Of a stretch of 64,000 nucleotides of DNA, positions 25,006 through 38,942 are shown one piece after another. The position numbers and the translations under genes were made by a program. Below the pieces are notes generated by a model that was given only the letters and a program-made list of their open reading frames with translations, ran no database searches and had not been told where the DNA came from. How positions within the stretch are numbered: the first letter of the stretch is position 1; each line of letters begins with the position of its first letter. This DNA comes from Raillietiella orientalis (taxonomy: Eukaryota): positions 620,001 through 684,000 of the forward strand of contig JAYWIR010000024.1 of the NCBI GenBank assembly GCA_036172245.1, written 5' to 3'.

Positions 25006-28000
25006 GAAGTTATTCCTCTTTCCTGCCTCTTCCCGCATGCACATCCCGTTGCCCCGGGCCTGAAGATGATCTGAACCTCCCCCTGCCGCATCCCAGAAGG
25101 CGCGTCCACCGTCCGTCCGTTCACGGATTTCTTTCGAGGCGCTGCGGAGGTGCAGAGGTTGCGACGGGTCCGCTGGACGCACCTGCGGTGTCGGCCTCAC
25201 CCTCTATCGGTGTCTCGCTGGTGGGACTGGTCGATCCCAAGACGTCCGCCCATTCGGCGTCCGTCCTCACGATGGCTCTCCACAGCGGCGGCCGCCTTCC
25301 GTTCCTCGGGAAGAGCCCAGGCTCGCTCGGGAGCGCACGCTGGAAAGGAAAACTGTAGCTCGGAGAAGCAGGTCAATTGGCTCCACTTGTACCGGATGCC
25401 GCCTCCCAGATGTGGGCGCCTGAGCAGGCGGGAAGTACCCGCAATCATCAGTCTGAGACGCCGTTTCCCTGGGGACCCGGCTTGTGCGCGCGAAAGAAGC
25501 AGAAAGCTGAGGACCTCCCTCGCAACGCGGGTGCTGGAAATGTCCCCGCAATATGCAAGGGGCGAGAGTGCAGCGCGTATGGTGCTGACCGGTAACCGTG
25601 GCAACCGGGATGGCCGAGCAGCGAACTCTCCCATTAGAACCAGAGGCGAACGATAGCGTCTGCAAAAACCGCGGTAACCGGGGCTCTTCGAGCACTGTCC
25701 ATGCCCTGAGCCGCCGAAACTGCCGGCGCCTCTCAGCGAGGAAGCGGCCAGCCCCTGGAAACCGATACGCGCGGGCAACTCTGCTTCCCCGCTTGCCCTT
25801 CCTCCGTAGCTCCCTTGAGCCTTCCTCGCCTTCTCCGTTTCCCCTGTGCCGGGAGCGCCGCGTACTGCAGCCGCCCAGCAATTGAGGTAGGGTTGAAAGT
25901 AAATCTCGGAGGAGGAGTCCCCAGGAGGCTTTCGGGAATCCTCCCTAGGGGAAGCGTCAGCTCCTCCCGTCGGGTCATCCTGTCATAGACCCCTCCTCTG
26001 CTCCCTTGCACCCGCAGGGTAGCCACGCCGAAGACGATTCCCGTGCTTAAGGGAGAGTTTTCCTCGGTGTCTCCAGGACCCTCCTTTTCCCTTCCTAGAT
26101 TCGCTCTCTGAAGGACCAAGCCCCTGCAGCTTTCCTCCCGAGCGTCGCCCGTGAGGGGGTGGCTCCTTTGCCGTTTCCCCTAGAAACGGGGCGAGGGCGA
26201 GGAGCTCCCTCGAGCCCCTTTTCTCTTCCCGCAGCCCGGTCTCGGCCGAACGCGTCTAGGAGATTCTCTTCGGGGCGTCGAGGCCGACCGCGAAAGTCGC
26301 GGCTTCGCCCCGCCCCGCCAAAGTGAGGAACGGGATCACCGCGGGGGCTGGGAAAGGGCCGGCCCGCCAGCGGCGATCCTTTTTCCCACTTCTTTCCTTC
26401 CTTCCCTCTCCCGTCTCTGAGGTCTTTCGAGCCTTCCGTCAGGAAAGGGAGGAAGCGGAAGGAGGAGGAAGCGAAGGGGACGACGGTAGGTAGGGTGGGT
26501 TGCGGCAATCCGTCACTCGCCCCGCCATCGGATCCGCGCAGCTTCCCTCCACCACCCCTTCCACACCAGCGGAGGGGCAGCGAGAAGAGGAGCAGCGCCG
26601 ACAGTGATGCCTCCGCGCGTGCGCGCGCCCGGTGGAATAGAGGCTGCTGCCTTTTTATCCGCTCAGGCAGGATCGGAAGGAGACTGCGGAAGAAGTAGCG
26701 TGCGAGCTCTCGGAAAGTGCGTCCCGTCAGAGCGGTATCCCGCCACCACCCCCTCCCTTCCTTTTTCCCCTGGGGAGTCCGACTGGAGTGGCTGCTGCTT
26801 CTGTGCACTGGGAGGAAAGGAGAGTCTCGCCCCACTTCTCTTGACGAAAGCTCGCTGAAGAGCCTTCCCCCCCCCCCCCCCCCCACTCTCCCGGAACCAC
26901 ACCAGCGCACACGCGCTACCGCAAGGCAGAGCTCTGGGGTGCCTCCAAGCAGATGACCTCCCCGCGGACGAGGAGCAGCTCCCTGTGCCTCTTTCCCCAC
27001 GTCCCCTCCTCGGGTTGGATGACGACGCTCTCTCCAGCTCCTCGAAAGCGACCTGGATTCCCTCCAAAGGGCTGCTGTCCCTGACCCTTCCTCCTCCTCC
27101 CATCAAACCTCTTTCAAGCGACCCATCTACGGTGGACGCTGCACTCTGGATGAGTCCCTCCCTTCCTGTTTCCCCTCTCTCCTCCTCCTCCCTCCCCCCC
27201 TTCCCTGCGCGTCCCTTTCCCTCGCTCCAGCTCGGGCGCGACGCTGACCGTCCTGCCGGTCTTGCTGTCGTATCATCCGGCTGCCGCCGCCGCGTGGACT
27301 CTCCTCTTCTTCCCACGGAATGCCCTCCTCTCTTCCTCCCGGCGTTCTTTCTCTCGCACATCGCTCCAGCTGCTCCTCTCTAGCCTCCCCTAGATCCCTC
27401 CAGCAGACAGGACACGCCTTCTTTCTAACAATCCTCCCACTTCCTCTTTGTCAGCAGCATCCGTGCACAGCCCACGTGGATCCGAGAGTGCCGTGGCTGC
27501 CGAGAGAGCGGAGGCAGGGCATTCCCCCGCTGCCTTCTACACCCCTCTGCTCCCGAACTTCCAGATCCTCCTCCTCCCCCTAATGGGGATGCGATGGGGA
27601 CTCCCGGTTCCTGCAAGCAAGGCGGTGACCCTTCGCCCTGCCCTCCCTGCTTCCCTGCAGAGCTCCCTCCCGACCGGCTTTCTCTTGTTCCACCCTGCTA
27701 GTTCGTTCCCTCCGAAAAACACCAGAGAACGGGGAAGCGCGGAGCTCCTTTCGGCGGCGTCCTCTCGGGTGCGCCTAGCGAGGATGAGAAGGGAAAAAAT
27801 CGAAGGCACCGGCAGACTCTCCTCCCCTCCTCGACGCGTGCAGGGACTCACGAGGTTTCCCCCGTGCTAGAAGAGCGGCTGCGTGACCCCACCTCTGCCC
27901 CGCCCACATGCAATGCGGTGCGCGTCTTCGCGTTGGATAGTGGGTCCCGCCTACGGAAGAAGAAAAGAGTCCCCGCAGCAGCCGCGGTGGGGGGCTGCGC

Positions 28001-28080
28001 AACAGCGGGGGAAAAAAAAAAAAAAACTCCCGTTCTTCGCGTGTTCCGGAAAGTCGCCGTGCAAATGGTGCGCGCGCACT

Positions 28081-28233
28081 CTGGCTCACGAAAGCGGCTC
28101 ACACGTTTCCTCCACGTGGCGACCCGTTCCGCTGGAGGCCTACATCCGCAGATGAGGATTACCTCCTTCAGTCGCAGCCTTCCTCCCTCCCCTTTTCCCC
28201 ATTGATACCGTAAGGGAGGGGGGAACTCGTAAG
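28081..28233 (+). repeat. Dispersed direct repeat A, copy 2
   Basis: Matches 24835-25005. Confidence 0.92.
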
Positions 28234-31200
28234 TCTCTCTCGGTAAGAAGCGAGAGAAGCCTACGCCGGCCGTCCCTCCAAGACGCCTTCCGAGTTCCGG
28301 TGGGTAGGAGGCCTAACGCACATCTCGAACGCAGACGTTTCGAACATTCGAGAGTTCGTTTTTTTTTTTATCTTATCGCGTACACACACGCTGAAACGAG
28401 GTGCCACCCTCTCCGTTCGTACCCAAACTTTGTTCCTGTCTTTGTTTCACGTTTTATTTTTATTTTTATGTTTAATTTTTTTTTTCCTGCATGCAACTTC
28501 CTTTCAGTCTTTCACCTTCAACAGATTCTTGTTCCTTCAACACAATAGCACCAGCCATAAGCAGCAGAGTTCACCGCAGCAAAGTCAGTGACATTTTCAA
28601 TGATGCTCACCGTCTTACTACAGGTTTTCTTTTTCTTTTTTTTTTTTTTTTTACAGAATTGTCTTATTTCTATCTTCTCTCTCACTTTGCATATGCACAC
28701 ACAGACTTTCTCACTTCAAAAGGGATGTTTCCTTTCGTTGAGGGGGAAAAAGCGAATGGAACGCGCAACCACGTGCAAACTTTGCAACGGCGATTCCGGA
28801 TACATATCGCAGAGGAATGAGTCCCCCTGGAACGAGGAGGGTCGAGTGGGAAAAATTTGCATAACGACTCGAAACGACACGGCCATTTTTCACGCGTTCA
28901 AACAGCGATTAACTCGTATCCAAGGAGATACGCGCGCGTGCAAGGCATTGTTGAGAAACCGGAGAGCAGACTTCGCTTCTTGCTTCCCTCCTCCTCCTCT
29001 CACGGGGCTGAAGGGGTTCAGGTAGCGGTTCCGAGGTGGTGGTAAGGTGGCGGCACGTTGGCTGAACATGAGAAACGTCGCCCCGGGACCGAGGTGAAAA
29101 GGGGGAAGGGAGAAGGAGCGGGGAGAACACTTCCTGACTGTTTTCTTTCGAAAGAGAAAGCCCTCGTCTGTCCTGTCCAGAATCGCCTCCCTTCCTGGCT
29201 CTGGAACTTTATTTTCTTCAGCTTCCTCCCTTCTTCACAGCTACGAAAGATTCCCGGAAAAATCCAGAACGGAATGGGTTTAGGGTCCCCAGGGAGGGAG
29301 GGGGCCCATCCCTTCGCCTGGAAGAAAGGGGAGGAAGGGGGTGCGCGCAAAGGCGAAGACTCTCCGCTCTTGGGGGACGCTAGGACCCGGTGGAACGAAA
29401 GGCTCCTGAAAGTTCCCTGAAGAGGAAAAAGGAGCGGAAGAATCGTCCCACCGCCATCCATGAGCGTGGGCGGCATCAGGGAGGATCGCTCGCATGCGCC
29501 ACTCCCTTCCCCTCCCTCGAAGAGAGCCCGTCTGTCGCCCTTTAGGAGCGCGCGCGCTAGGCGACGGAAGGCGGATCCTTCGCCGTTGCCCAGCATTGCC
29601 ATAAATCCGGGACGCGCCGGAAGTCCCAAAAGATTCCTCGCGGATCTTTCCGGTTCCCGTGCTTCCTCGACTCTCTCCCGCCCACCCGCCGCCGTCTCGT
29701 GTAACTCGTCGTGCCCCGTCGCCGCTGCCGCGGCAGCGCCGTGACGCATTAATAGGGGCGCAGAGGAGAGGGTTTTGTCGCCCTGTTCGGAACTGCTCTC
29801 TCGCCAGGTAGGGAACCCATGGCGGGACGGGCGGTAGTCCGCTCCCACTGTTTTTTTTTTTTTTTCCTGTCGTGGTGAGAGGCGGCCCGGAGCGGTATGG
29901 ACAGGCGCAAAAGGGAAAGGGGTGGGAAAGGGCTTCTCCTTTTGCTTTTCATTCCCTGCCGTCTGCAGCACTGGAGCTTCCGCCCTGAGCGCACCTAGGG
30001 AAGGGAGTGTTGAGGATCCCAGGAGGAATGGAGCAACCAGTCCGCTTCCAGGAGGGAAGAGCTCGTTTCCAGGGGAAACGGCAGAAGAGCCACTCCCTCA
30101 CGGGCGACGCTAGGGAGGAAAGTTGCAGAGCGTGGATTCCTCGGAGAACGAATCCAAGAAGGGAAACGTAAGATCCTTCCTTCCGGTCTCCGTTCCCGGG
30201 GGGGGGCGGAGGAAGACTCTCCCGTGAGCGCGGGAATAGCCTTTGGGGTGGGTTCCCTGCGGGTGCAAAGGAGCAGAGGAGGGGTCTGTGACGGGAAGCC
30301 CCGACGGAGAGGAGCTGACGCTTTCCTAGTCAGGGAGAGTGCCCGAAAGCCTCCTGGGGACTGTACTTTGATCATAGCCAAAAGACCGAGAAATTCCTAA
30401 GAACTCCTCCTTTGAGATTTACTTCCAACCCTTCCCCCACTGCCAACACGCCAGAGTCCACCGCAGACTGCCCCGTTCCCGATGAGGGAGATAGCGGCGA
30501 CGAAGGGCGCTCTCTCTCTCTTAGACGCCTTCGCGAATCCGGCTAGGAGAAAGGAAGGGGGGGGGGGAAAGAGGGTGATGAGAACGGGACGGAAGGAACT
30601 CGAGCCGCTCAACGCACAGGCCGCTTTCCGATCACCTTGTTTCTTGCTCTCTCACCCACCAGGCAACTCTTAGAGGACTACCCACGACCTCCTCCTCCCC
30701 CGAGCTCGGGGGTGGCATGGAGCCTCCGGCTGCTGTCGAAGGGGGAGCAGGAGAGGGGCAGGATGGACACGTGCATAACGGCACCGCTCTCCACTTCTCG
30801 GGCAGGAAAAAACCTCTGCCAAGACCCGGCAGGGGAGGCGTAAGAGCAGGCAGGGGGGATTGCAGGCGAGTCGTCCCAGTGGGAGGCGCTTGCAGACACA
30901 TGGAAATAAGGAAGGCATCCCCCTCGTAGAGGAGGCGAGATGGAAAGGGAGGAAAAGAAGAGAAAAGGCAGAGTTCCCTGATGGTATGGGTGCCGGGCAA
31001 ATGCGTTGGTGCGGCTGGTCTCCCGGAAAGGTTCACTTGAGGATTTGCATCATGGCTGCTACAAGTGATCCATACAAAATTGGTACTCAGAGAATCCGCT
31101 AGAAGATCTGACCCAAAGATTCTCTGATGAACCTTCGACCAGATCTCCCTTTCCACACACACCCCTCCCACTCCCATAAAACTCTTGTCTTTTGGGAAAC

Positions 31201-34200
31201 AAAAGAAAACAGCTGCGTGAGAATTATCTTGTTAAGGCCGTAACTTACCCGGAAGGAAAGGGATGACAAGACGGACTGAGCGCGAACGAGGAAGAGGGCG
31301 TGGAAGATTATTCCAGACCCTCCTCTTCTTCGCGCTCCAGATTGTTCCAGACCTCTTGGGATGGAGCCAATTTGTCAAGGCGACTCACAAGCGCGATTAT
31401 CAGATCATTCAGAAGTCGAAAGTATAAATTTTCCGTTTCAAAACAGTCAAAGGCTTCCTTGTTACAAAGAATGCAATCATGCGACGCCAAAGGACGGATC
31501 CATAAATTACTGTCTTTGGATTTGGCGAAGAACTTTCTGCCACTCGAAGAGGGTTCGCAGAATTTTTCCGCTTCCGACGACAAGCAATAAATAATAAATC
31601 TCCCCATCGTAACGATCTCCCATCACAAAGATGATTTTATCACTCGATTCGGAGACATCATAATATCTATCAACTGTCTGCTAACACGACACTGATGCAT
31701 GGACCCGTTGCGGGAACTGCCGGTTCCCCCGAATCAGAAAATGTCGCCCAACAATGAGGGTGGAGACGCCATTTTGACTCAGGCGATCGATTTTACTCAT
31801 CCCGGCGTTTTTTTCCTCCTCCTCCTTCTTCCCTGTCCAACAGCTTCCGGCCGGCTTGAGCTTGCGAGGAGCTCATTAAATTAACAGGGGGAATGAATCC
31901 TTCGCCAGCGTGCGGTACTTGTCCGGCGACTGGCTGGTCTAGAATGGGATGGAGATAAGCAGCAAACTTCGATCAGCTCCATTGAAAAAAGAAACTCAAG
32001 TTCGAGATGGAAACAGAAGCCGGAGGAGGAAAAGGGGGGGGGGGACGCCTCATCGAAATCAGAGTTCCCAGAGGTTCGGAGACTTCCCTTGAAACCCCGA
32101 AAACCGCAGTGCTAGGGTGCAAAATTGAACAAGGCTCGTTTTGTCACGAGAGGTCCTAAATAGGAGGGGAAGCAGCATATAAATTTAAACGATGCGTGTG
32201 CAAACCACCGGAAGGCATTTAGATTTTTTTTTTTCTTCCTTTTTTCAACTAAATGTTTCAAAAATAGAAAGCTAATTTTGCCTTTCGGAAAACTGCATGA
32301 AACGCACTCGTTCAGCGCAAGACATCTTGCTCCAAGAAATGCAGACGAACTTTTTGATCGTGAAACGCAATTCAAGATTCCTGAATTTTTTTAGAGATCA
32401 TTAAATTTTATGCTGGAGAAAATGTCTCCTAAAGTAAATCAAACCTTACGAAATGTCTTCACCAAGCATTCGAAAAATCCGTTCTAGAAAGAATTAACAT
32501 TCGAGGCAGGTAAAATGTTTATGGACAAAAATTATTTGGCCGTAAGCATTTCTTTCTCTCTCTCGCGCGCGCAGCCAGGATGGAGAGGGAGGAGCAAGAT
32601 GACTGCTCATGTTGATAATGTAACATATTTCAAGAGCCAGTAGCTTATTTAGGAACGCGTTGGCGACGACAACCGCTTCTGCTGTCTCGCATTTGGTGAT
32701 ACGCAATTCGCGCAGCTCCCCGTTTTATCTCAACGTTGCGTGGGAGGGAAGGGGGAGGAGAGAGGGAAGGCAGGAGGTGCGCATCGCAACATTCTTTTTC
32801 TTTTCTTCTTAGCCTCTGTTATGATCGGATAGATGGGCTGGGACGACAGATGATCAACAGATTCGAGCTAAAAATGGAACACCCCATGACTTCGACTGCC
32901 TCTCGCTCTGTTCCGTTTGCTTCGCCTCGCTCACCAGAGGAGGGCGGACACGAAGGTCGGCATCCCGTTGACTAGCAGGTCCGATGGCGGCTCTAAGGCA
33001 GCAAACGAGCAGACAAACAGAGAGAGGTTCGAGACCGTTTCCTACAGAGGGGCCATTGGGTCTCGCGGCCCCTTCATGAAAGTCTGGCGAGAGCGAGCTT
33101 TCTGCCTGAGCAGTGCCCCTTGCTCCTCCCGTGCCGAGTACGGCAGTGGAGCCTCCTGCTCGGGTGTTGGTGGTGGAAGAACGGAGGGCAGCTGCGTGCA
33201 CACGGCGCCTGATGCAGAAAGGCCGACGTGGCGTGTCTTCTCCCTGGGAAATGGTGGGGAGGGTGGGGAACGACTTCTGCAAATATTGGGAAAGGGAACA
33301 AGAGTGAAAGAGAGAGGAGGCATTTGCACGTCTCCCTTGCCTCGCCCGTTTGCATCCTTTTACCCATCGGGGCATGGTTTCGGACCTCGTGGCGAAACGG
33401 AGCTCGGGGTCAAGGATGCCTCGAGTCTTTCTCGCTCTCCCTCGAGAGGGATGCTGAGAGGGAAAAGGAGAGCAGCACTTGCGGAAGGACGAAGACATAG
33501 ACATGCAGGACCGCCAGGGCTCTCCTACCGGTCCCCAGCTCCGTGTGGGGGCCCACAAGTGCATCCTTCCTCTTGATGAGCTCTCCTGCCCTACGGCGTT
33601 CTTCCCCCTCGTCTTCCCGTAGGAAAGGGGAGGAGCATCGCCGGGATCTCCACAGCTGCACCGGAGTTTTTCCACCCGGAGGAGAGGAGAAAGAAAGGTG
33701 TGAAGAGGGGGAGGAGCAGAATTGTCTCTGCGCTACCAGTGGCACGAGGGGCAGGGCTCCCTGGCCTCTCGAGAAAGGGCGGGATGCGGGGACGACGCCA
33801 GGTAGAGCGGTGGTTACCTCGTGCCCTTCCTGACGACCCTCTTCCTCCCCCTCCAGAGGGTGGGGAGAAGACCCTGCAGTTAGACTACCTGACTTTTCCC
33901 TCTCCTCCCTTTGCGTTGTCTTCTCGTTTTCCTTGGGTCCATTCACCTTCAGCCTCTTTCCTCTCTCTTCTCGCGCGACCCTTCTTCCGAAACCCTCCGC
34001 GCGAACTGCAGCCCTCGAGTGGATCCTTCCAGAACGGGATTCGCCCCTTCCGCTTCCCAGTGCCTTTCCGGGGCAGAGGAAAGAAGGAGGCTTCCTCCCT
34101 GCCTGTCCCAGGAGCGGATGTTTAGTAGGAGGCCCTGACGCCGGCGACAGGAGAGGAGGCCGTCGCGCTCGCGCGGCGAGGGATCGGCCAAGAGCGGCAG

Positions 34201-35123
34201 GGGTCCATCCCTCTGCTCATTCCCTTCGACGGCGGAAGCGCGCGGTGACTCTCCCGCGAAGCGGCGACCTCCAGCAGGACCCACCAGAGGTCCGTCCCTA
34301 GAGGCGCGCAGCGGCAAAGGGAAGTCTCCCGCACGGCGAAGGGAGCGGCGAGCAGGTGGCTCCGCGTGGCAGGGACCCTGACCAGACAGCTCGGTGATCC
34401 CGATGCTCGAAGAGGGAGAGGAAGGGGGTGACTCCTGCGTCAGTCGGAGACGCGTGGAAGGAAGGGGATAGTGCGTCGGCAACCGACTCGACGGACTTCC
34501 CTTTGACCCGTCCCAGCCTTCCGTGCTGGGGCTGCCGCTGTTCTTGCAGGTGGCACGAGGTGGCTGAACAGTCGGTGCGACAGGAAAAGGCCTTCCATCT
34601 AGTGGGTCCTAAGGAGGACCCACGATGCAAGTCCAGCCTTGTCTCTCCCTCCCGTTCCGATGGGGGAAGCTCCTCGAGGAGTACGGGAGTTCTGGCACGC
34701 GTCTGCTCTCGGCAGGGTCACCGAAAAGTTCGAGAAGGACGGGCTTTCCGCCGCGCACCTTGCCGACAGGGGCAGCCCGCCCTGTTCGTTCAGGAAGGAC
34801 TCGGACCAGGCAGGAGGTCGCCGGCTGTGCGCCCTCTCGTCTCGAACGCGGCCTCGAGCGCTCAGCTAGACCTCGTCCATCTTCACGCGAGCTGCGACGG
34901 CAGCTCCACCGGTCCCGGCATTGCGCGCTGGCGTGGACCCGCCGCGAGGAGCCTCCACGTCTGCTGACCCCGGGGAATCGTCCGGAGTCTGGCCAGAAAA
35001 CTGGCGCGAGGCCACGTGGAGTTGCGCGCAGCTGCTCCGGGAGCAGCGCTGCATGTCTCGCTAGGGATGGGTGGTCGCTCCCTCTGGTAGTGATGGTGGT
35101 AAGCGAGGTCTCGTGGGAGAGGA

Positions 35124-35144
35124 GTGGTGGTGGTGGTGGTGGTG
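35124..35144. repeat. (GGT)n microsatellite
   Basis: Seen directly. Confidence 0.9.
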
Positions 35145-38100
35145 GGAGCAACTTGGGGCGCTGCGGCGGGCTGAACGACTCCGGGCTGCCACGAAAAGAC
35201 TTGCCGCCTCTTCCTTGTTCGTGGCTGAAGGGATGGGGGGACATCTCGCCTCCTTATCAGGAGGGGGCACCTCTTCCATGAGCTGCTCGGACGACGCGGG
35301 TTGGTGGTAGCGAGATGGCCCGTCCTGCTGCTGGCCGTGACCTCGCGGTGCCTCGTGCCGAAAGCCACCTCCCACACGCGCCCCGCAGCCGCTCCTCTTC
35401 CGCCCGGAGAAACAGAGCGGAGGGCAGCCGCGCCGTGACCTGGGGATCGTAGGCGGAGCTGTAGGATGCTGCGCGGCGCGGCACCACAGCTTCTCCCCGG
35501 CGAATGGGGCTCTCTCAGCCCTCGTCGCGGAGGAGGAAGCGAAAGGCTTCCGCAGACGGGACTCATCCCCCCTCCTTCCTTCCCCCAACTGACGGCTGGG
35601 GGGCTCTTCGACCGCGGAAGTCCAGAAGACCAGAACCAGACGAGAGAGGAAGAAGAACCCGGAGTGGGTCCGGACACGGAAACGCTGCGAAGGCTCGGGA
35701 TCCGCATGGGGCGCTTCTTCATGGATCCCGAGGTTGCTGCGTCCTCGCTGGTTCGAGAAGAGCCGCTTGCGTTCCCGGCGCCGGGGAGCGCCTTCTCCTT
35801 TCCCTCTCCTTCCTTCTTCCGTCCCTCTGCCGCGTGAAGGAAGGGGAAGGCTCTCTCCTTGTGGTGACGTTGTCGTCTTCTTTGGCGGAGCTTGCCTGTC
35901 CGTGCGCGGTTCCTTCGGAGGAAGAGGAGGTTCCATCATTGATGGTTTTCGTCGGGAACCTTTTCCGGCGTGGACCGGAAGCGGGGGGCGCGGACGGAAA
36001 AAGCCTTCGTTTCGACCCCTCCGCGGGAAAGTCGCAGTGCAACCTAGGGCGCCCGCTTAGCCCGGGGCGAGCAACGCCTGTCTCCGGAGATGAGCGCGCT
36101 TGCAAACCGAAGAGACGCCAGGAGAGTGGGAATGGACCGCGTCTGACGAGATGCAGCGTCTCGGAAAAAAAGGAAGCAAAAAAAGGAAGCGACAGCAGCG
36201 CCGTGGCGGCGGAAGGAAGGGAGAGGGGGGGGAGAGGAGGAGGGGGAGAACGGATGCGGCTCCCGAAACGGTCACGCGAGACGAAGCTCCAGCGCAGCAG
36301 CATCCGCGGCGCGGGGCAGTTCGAGATGGATCAGGCGCTCTCGTCTCGCTGCTCGGAGGAGGCGATCGGGAAGAGGAACAGGGCTGAGAGCTCTCACGGC
36401 GACGAGGTCATCGGCAGAGCACTCCCTCCTGAACACTGACCGGCGAGCTGTTCGCCCGAAGCCGCGGCCGAAACCCTCCTCCCCCTCCTCTCTCGGATGC
36501 GGGTGACTTTGTGGTAGATGATCGCAGCGAGCGTCGGAAGCAACCATGGAAACACGTGGAGGAGCTAATCCGGCGATGTCTTCGAGTAGGACCACGCCGA
36601 CAGCTACGGTGGTGGGTGACCTTGCGATCATTTCGACGCTTTCTGAAACAGCGCTTGACGCCTGGCTGGAAATAAAAAAAAAACACACAAAAAAAAGGAG
36701 GGGGGGGGGAAGAAAGAAAGAAAAAAAAACTGCTGAGTGACCACACGCGGGCAGTTTTGAGCGCGACAATAAAATGGGCTGAAAATGGTAAGGGATGAAA
36801 ATTGAAAATTTTTGTTGTTGTCAACTTTTGATTTCAACTTTTTGTTGAAATCTTCGGAATTGGGGAGGGGAGGGGATGGAAGAATAGTTTTCGACTTGAG
36901 CGGGTAGCGTGCTGGTAGTCCTCCCACAACCAGATGTGGGTGGCGCGGCGGCATTTGCGCCAAGCTGATTCGAGAGACCTTGTTCAACGAAGATTTTTAT
37001 CCCCCCTTCCCCCCAAAAGCTGCCCGCAGCTCATCGCAACTTCCCATCCACACACTCCGGTTTTCCGTGGTCACTGGGGGACGATGGCATCCTTCTCGAG
37101 TAGCGAGAAAGCGGCTCATGTTGATGGGTCCTCGGGGACAAGAGGAGAGGAGGAGGAGCTATTCCAGAAACTTCGCCTGAGTCGGTTTCGAACCCACTGC
37201 CCTCCTGTTCGGAGACCGCGGAGCCTCTACTGCTACACCAAGTTTTCGGCTCGGCCGGCCGGCAGACGGGAGCAAGCGGAGCGGAAGCAGAGGGCCAAGC
37301 AAGACGCACGCATCCATGAACCCTCCGAGGGAGAACGAAGACGGGCGCGGGAAAGCGATGGATGGCACTTGGGAAAAGGGGGATGAACGTCCTTCGAACT
37401 GAGGGTGCTCCAGGCCTCGAAGCGCACGCGCAAGCACCGCCGCAGGCAAGCCAAGCCGAAGCTCGTCAACACGCGGATGGCTCGGGACGCAAAGCCCTGG
37501 GACGCTCAAGCGCAGCAGGGGACCGAAAGTTCCCCTTGGATGAAGGAGTGCGCGGTCCTTGCTGATGATTCGGTTCTCGCATCCAGGAGGAGCGCGCGGC
37601 GCACGACAGACCAGATGGGCGAGGGATGCGGAGAGGAGGACACTATCACGAAGGTACACACAAAAAGAAAAGGTCAAGTGCGTGGCAATGGGACTGTCGA
37701 TCGATGGCAAAGACGGGGAGTGCCCGCCTCCGCTCGCGCCAACTGGGAGCGCCCCAAGTGGCACTTTTTCGGGCAGAGAGAGAGAAAGAGAAGGCAGGAG
37801 GGGGAATACATCCCATTACGAGAGCCGAACGCTGCCGTGGGTTTCCCACCCGGATGCGCCGAGCCGTTTCCGAGCTAGCGCTCCGGAAGTTGCTGACCAA
37901 TGCTGAGCACGCGCACTTGGATCGTATTCTCGAATGAAGACCTTCTTCCTTCTGTGCACTCAAAATTACAAGCGGAAAGCAGGCGTCCTTTTGCCCCCCA
38001 CCCCCACCCCCGTCCCTTCCCTCTTTCGATGGCAGGCGCTTGGGACGAACGCACTTGATCGTCGTCGCCTCTCGTTCCTCTGCACTTCGGTCTGCCTTGA

Positions 38101-38717
38101 AAGGCGGCTTGCAGGCGCGACCGAGCTCGGACTTGAGCAGTCCCCGGCCTTCTGGTAGCTCCTTCCCGCGGGAAAAGGGGAAGAAAAGGACGGACGGGAG
38201 GGGACGACGGCGCATCCTGTGTGACGGCGACGAGGGTCGGTGAGATGCGAACACACCTGCGCGTGTGCGGCGCGAAGCGCTGCGATCCGACGGCGGTCGG
38301 GGGAAAGCTGCGCGCGCAGCCGAAGAGGGAGGGCTGCCCGTCGCGAGCGGCGGGCTGATCTTCGAACTCCTGCTGCCGTCTCGAAGGGCTCTGTTGCTAG
38401 GCGGATTGTGCTCGCGCGCGCCGGCCGAGAGCTTTCTCCGTCGGCGCCGCACTTCTCCTCCCTGTGCGACGGACCGGCCTCCGAAGTGGCAGCCGCGGAG
38501 CCAGGAACGCTCTCGCGGAGAGTTTCGGGGGGTTCAAACGAGAATCCCAGGAGGAGAGCGACACGCCTTCTCGGGAAGGCCCACGGGCACCGCCGCCGCC
38601 CATCGCACGCACATGGCTGTTGCTGCTGAGCCGTTCGGCATCTTTTCGCGAGGAGCCATCTGCTACAATGTGATATTTTCCTCGCGCCGCACGTTCCGTG
38701 AGGCGGGAGGCGGCTTG

Positions 38718-38942
38718 CCTTTGGAGTCAGCACCGGAAAAGGGAACGGAAAACCACCCGTTTCTCTTTCCCTCCTCTCCCTACACGCATCTTCTCCCGGA
38801 GTCCTTCCGTTTCGTGGAGACGCATCCTCCCTCCCCCCTTTTCTCCCTCCCGGAGAGCCCGTCCGGGATCGACATACAAAAAGCTGCGGGTGAAGGGGTG
38901 CCACATTCCGCGCGAACAGCGGCGGCGGCGCCTCTCCCGACG
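38718..38942 (+). repeat. Dispersed direct repeat B, copy 1
   Basis: CCTTTGGAGTCAGCACCGGAA...CCCTACACGCATCTT...CGCATCCTCCCTCCCCCTTTT...GCGCCTCTCCCGACG is shared with 40654-40905. Confidence 0.85.

Noticed and set aside
24835..28233. LTR retrotransposon
   Set aside because: No TG..CA termini, primer-binding site, target-site duplication or gag/pol ORF.
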